DNA of 32,000 nucleotides, from assembly GCF_900167395.1 (NCBI RefSeq), contig NZ_FUWK01000004.1:103435-135434 (forward strand), read 5' to 3'. The stretch comes from Nitrosomonas europaea. GTDB taxonomy: Bacteria; Pseudomonadota; Gammaproteobacteria; Burkholderiales; Nitrosomonadaceae. Each line of letters opens with the position of its first letter. Position 1 is the first letter of the stretch. The notes beneath the pieces were generated by a model. It saw only the letters and a list, made by a program, of their open reading frames with translations, ran no database searches and was not told where the DNA came from. Both the position numbers and the translations under genes were made by a program. Below, piece after piece: positions 29,029-32,000 of this stretch.

Positions 29029-31404
29029 GTGAGATATCCATTCAAACGGGCGCGATCTACTCGTATCGTGACCTCGTTCACAACAATACCATCTGTTGCG
29101 GTTATTTTTTTCGCATGTATTTTGGTGCTTGTCACGCCCATGCCTGTTCAGGCCCAAAATACCGTAGCGATCAACATCCCTTCACAACCGCTCAGTGATG
29201 CCCTGCTGCAACTGGGCCAGCAAACTTCACTGCAGATTCTGTATACCCCTGATCTGGTCAGGGAGTTGAACACCTCCGGCCTCCAGGGAAATTACACGCC
29301 GGAAAACGCCCTGCGCCAGTTACTGAAAGGCACCGGCATCGAATACGAGCGGCAAGGCAACACAGTGACCCTGAAGCGTATCAGTGCAGTCACCCTGCCA
29401 CCACTGACAGTCAGTACAGCTTCACTGAAACAAGGCACAGCGGAAGAAGGCTATCGGGTCAGTAATGTCAGCGGGGTTGGCTTATGGGATGAGCGTAGCC
29501 TGCGGGATACCCCCTATTCGATGAGTGTCGTAACCTCCGACCTGATCGAAAACATCAATGCCCAGAACATGGGACAAATCTTCAAAATGAACCCACTGAC
29601 TCAGGAACCGAACATCCAGAATCACAACGGTGTACCCATAGTCACTATACGTGGATTCCAATCAACCAACCCGATTTACGATGGCATACCCATGGCTGAT
29701 TCAAATGGTTCTGCTGTGTCTGTGATTGAGATCGATCGGGTTGAAATTCTCAGCGGAACCTCAGGTTTCCTCTATGGTGGAGGCAGAGTGGGTGGAGCCG
29801 TAAATTATGTCACCAAAAATTCTACCAATATCCCACTCAGGAGACTAACACTCGGTAATTACGGTGGAACCCAGTTTTATGGCCATGCCGACATTGGTGG
29901 AAAATTTGACGAACGAGGCCGCTTCGGTTACCGGGTCAATCTGCTCTATCAGGGTGGAGATACTGCTATCGGTGAACCGGTAAACCAGAAAGTCGCCAAC
30001 ATCGTTCTGGATGGCCATCTTACCGATACCCTCTATGCCGATGTCAAATACACCTATAATGATTACAGAAAAGAGGCGACACAACCTACATTTAATAATG
30101 TGAGGGAAAGAACTGGGATCGATACCAGTAAACGCTACGCTCCCAAATGGGCATCCAATGATATAGAAAGCCATAAGGCTTATACCAGCCTGCGTTGGGA
30201 TCCCAGTAAGTATTTTCCCCTCAGAAATGCCTTTTTCTATCAGAATACCCGTGCGAAAACCAATGAGATAACTTTAAATGAACAGGCGGACAGGACTTTT
30301 ATTCCCAGAATATCAAGCGGCAATCCTTGGCAAAAGTATGAAAATTATGGGGGGTATATCTACCTGGATACCCGTTTTTCAACTTTTTCTGTCGACCATA
30401 AGCTGACCGTGGGTTATTCTTCTACTGTTCTTAACCAAGTTTTTCTCGATGGTTCTCCTTCCTGGTCTGGTACAAATCTCCTGTTGAGTGAAATTAAAAA
30501 CATATCTAGGCCGGACTGGGAGGAACCTCCCCCCAGAAGCGCATCTATCTGGTATGACCGATATAATAATGTCCTGATTGGAGATGATATTACCTTCAAT
30601 GATCAATGGTCTGTGATGGTCGGGCTCAACTATGCTACTACGGCAAATAAAGCGACTGGTATTTATGGCGACAGGGATTATGAAAAGTCTGCACTTACCC
30701 CCACGGTCTCACTGCTGTATAAACCGATTGAAGCGGTAACCACCTATGTCTCCTACATGGAAGCGCTTGAAAAAGGTACGATAGTGGGTAGAACCTATAC
30801 CAATTACGGGGAAGTACTCCCGCCACTGGTTAGTAAACAGTATGAAGCAGGTTTGAAATATGATATCAACCCCAACCTGTTGCTGAGCACCGCACTGTTC
30901 CGGATTGAAAAAGCCAATCAGTTTTCAAATCTAGCCACGCCTGTTCCCACTTATGTTCGGGATGGTTTGCAGGTACATAACGGGGTGGAACTGGTCTTGA
31001 CCGGAAAAATAACAGACAATCTGACCATCATGGGTGGCGGCACCCTGATGGATCTCAGTGTGGAGAAATCCAATAATCCTGCGCTGGAAGGCAATAAACC
31101 GGCCAATGCTGCGTCAAGGATGGGCAAGATTTATGCGGAATATGCGCTTCCATGGATTCCAGGGTTGAGTCTGACCGGGGGTATTTACTATACTGGTGAA
31201 AGATACGCCAATGCGGCTAATACCGATAAGATTCCGAGTTATACCCTGTACGATATTGGGGCACGCTATAGTACCCGTGTACTGAATAAGGCGCTGACCG
31301 TGCGTCTGAATGTCATCAATCTGACGGGTAAAAATTACTGGCAGAATGCTACCTATTTAGGCGTACCTAGGACGGTAGCATTTTCCGTCAGCACGATGTT
31401 TTGA
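29029..31404 (+). CDS. TonB-dependent siderophore receptor/transducer with an N-terminal STN signalling domain (FecA-like)
   Basis: It has a signal peptide, an STN domain (INIPSQPLSDALLQLGQQTSLQILY), a plug, a 22-strand barrel region and a terminal ...AFSVSTMF. The GTG start at 29029 has an AGGGGA RBS. Confidence 0.92.
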   Translation: MRYPFKRARSTRIVTSFTTIPSVAVIFFACILVLVTPMPVQAQNTVAINIPSQPLSDALLQLGQQTSLQILYTPDLVRELNTSGLQGNYTPENALRQLLKGTGIEYERQGNTVTLKRISAVTLPPLTVSTASLKQGTAEEGYRVSNVSGVGLWDERSLRDTPYSMSVVTSDLIENINAQNMGQIFKMNPLTQEPNIQNHNGVPIVTIRGFQSTNPIYDGIPMADSNGSAVSVIEIDRVEILSGTSGFLYGGGRVGGAVNYVTKNSTNIPLRRLTLGNYGGTQFYGHADIGGKFDERGRFGYRVNLLYQGGDTAIGEPVNQKVANIVLDGHLTDTLYADVKYTYNDYRKEATQPTFNNVRERTGIDTSKRYAPKWASNDIESHKAYTSLRWDPSKYFPLRNAFFYQNTRAKTNEITLNEQADRTFIPRISSGNPWQKYENYGGYIYLDTRFSTFSVDHKLTVGYSSTVLNQVFLDGSPSWSGTNLLLSEIKNISRPDWEEPPPRSASIWYDRYNNVLIGDDITFNDQWSVMVGLNYATTANKATGIYGDRDYEKSALTPTVSLLYKPIEAVTTYVSYMEALEKGTIVGRTYTNYGEVLPPLVSKQYEAGLKYDINPNLLLSTALFRIEKANQFSNLATPVPTYVRDGLQVHNGVELVLTGKITDNLTIMGGGTLMDLSVEKSNNPALEGNKPANAASRMGKIYAEYALPWIPGLSLTGGIYYTGERYANAANTDKIPSYTLYDIGARYSTRVLNKALTVRLNVINLTGKNYWQNATYLGVPRTVAFSVSTMF

Positions 31405-31498
31405 TGCTGTTGTCTGAGCAAACGCTCAACAACCGCTACCGTTCATTGCGACTGCGAACGAAGTAAAAGCAGAAAGCAATCCACTGTTCGATGTAAAC

Positions 31499-31527
31499 AT
31501 CCGGGCTCAAAGAAAAAGAGCCCGGAT
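31499..31527. terminator. Hairpin between the convergent receptor gene and the 31507-31803 ORF; possible bidirectional terminator
   Basis: A 10-bp perfect stem, ATCCGGGCTC with GAGCCCGGAT, has a 9-nt A-rich loop. The flanking T-tracts are weak, and the hairpin overlaps the end of the minus-strand ORF. Confidence 0.4.
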
Positions 31528-31803
31528 AACCCCAACCATCCCCCGTGCCTGCAAACGACCGTGTTCAATATCGATGACAAAAGGTCGCTCCAGGGAGCGT
31601 ACGCCGGATACTGCCTGGATCAGAATTTCTCCTGCGATCAGTTGCAGACAACCACAGTGCTCAATACTCAAGCAAGATAAACGATCGGGTAAGGACATAA
31701 TTTTGAACCAGGTAAACAACGAACGATAACGATTCACAATTATTTGAATTTGACTATTTGGCGATAAATAATCATCGATCGAATCAATTACCCGGTCTGA
31801 CAA
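31507..31803 (-). CDS. Hypothetical protein or possible gene fragment
   Basis: This is the only ORF of 60 aa or more in the AT-richer tail. It has a TTG start and an internal ATG (MSLPDRL...). I recognise no motif. Confidence 0.3.
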   Translation of the reverse strand: MSDRVIDSIDDYLSPNSQIQIIVNRYRSLFTWFKIMSLPDRLSCLSIEHCGCLQLIAGEILIQAVSGVRSLERPFVIDIEHGRLQARGMVGVIRALFL

Positions 31804-32000
31804 AACAGTATGGCGACGAGGAAACCAGCTTCGGAATTTTCAACCAGAATGAAAAAGAATCATGACTGCCATATAAATGAAAAAATTTCACAACCAATTT
31901 ATATAAAGTGTAGTAGTTCAGATTTGATCTGACAGCAGGTCTTGCCAAGAGGTGGGATTACCCGGTTTGATAGAGGTGCGAATCTTTATCAACCAAACGC

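Noticed and set aside
28628-29141. Minus-strand 88-90-aa ORFs, and an ECF-type promoter (GGAAC-N16-17-CGTC-like) in the fecR-receptor spacer
   Set aside because: The ORFs overlap the fecR end and the receptor start. The candidate -35/-10 pairs, such as GGAATT...CCGTC, had the wrong spacing (about 20 nt) or a poor -35, so I made no promoter call.

Overview
The window has two parts. Positions 1-6658 are the right-hand part of a GC-rich Tn21/Tn501-subgroup (Tn3-family) mercury-resistance transposon. It reads merA (5' end off-window), merD, merE, an intact urf2 (EAL domain), res, tnpR and tnpA, and ends in the 38-bp terminal inverted repeat at 6621-6658. GC content drops visibly at 6659 (judged by eye, not computed), and the rest looks like chromosomal DNA of about 50% GC. 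My inference for the host is a betaproteobacterial ammonia oxidiser of the Nitrosomonas type. The basis is a cytochrome P460-superfamily gene, a FecI/FecR/FecA-type iron module and the base composition, so this is not proven. The transposon end sits inside a cas3 gene (HD nuclease plus SF2 helicase). The cas3 frame runs without a stop into the transposon IR, so cas3 has lost its 3' end. Host genes that follow: hrpA, a hotdog thioesterase, DAHP synthase and a membrane-anchored MutS-like ATPase lacking a mismatch-binding domain. Divergent from that gene are a DUF2062 gene and a translationally coupled MacAB-like exporter (adaptor, ATPase, two FtsX permeases). Next come the P460-superfamily cytochrome, a large TPR protein and an Xre/RES toxin-antitoxin pair with a palindromic operator candidate. 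A higher-GC two-gene block (Zn alcohol dehydrogenase plus an FmdE-like ORF) is split by a 141-bp element with 16-bp terminal inverted repeats. The last module is a fecI-fecR-TonB-dependent transducer set preceded by a Fur-box candidate. I found no CRISPR array, rRNA or tRNA. I cannot point to a clearly new multi-gene system. The best leads are the transposon-disrupted cas3, the membrane MutS-like ATPase locus and the Met-type P460-family cytochrome with its TPR neighbour.
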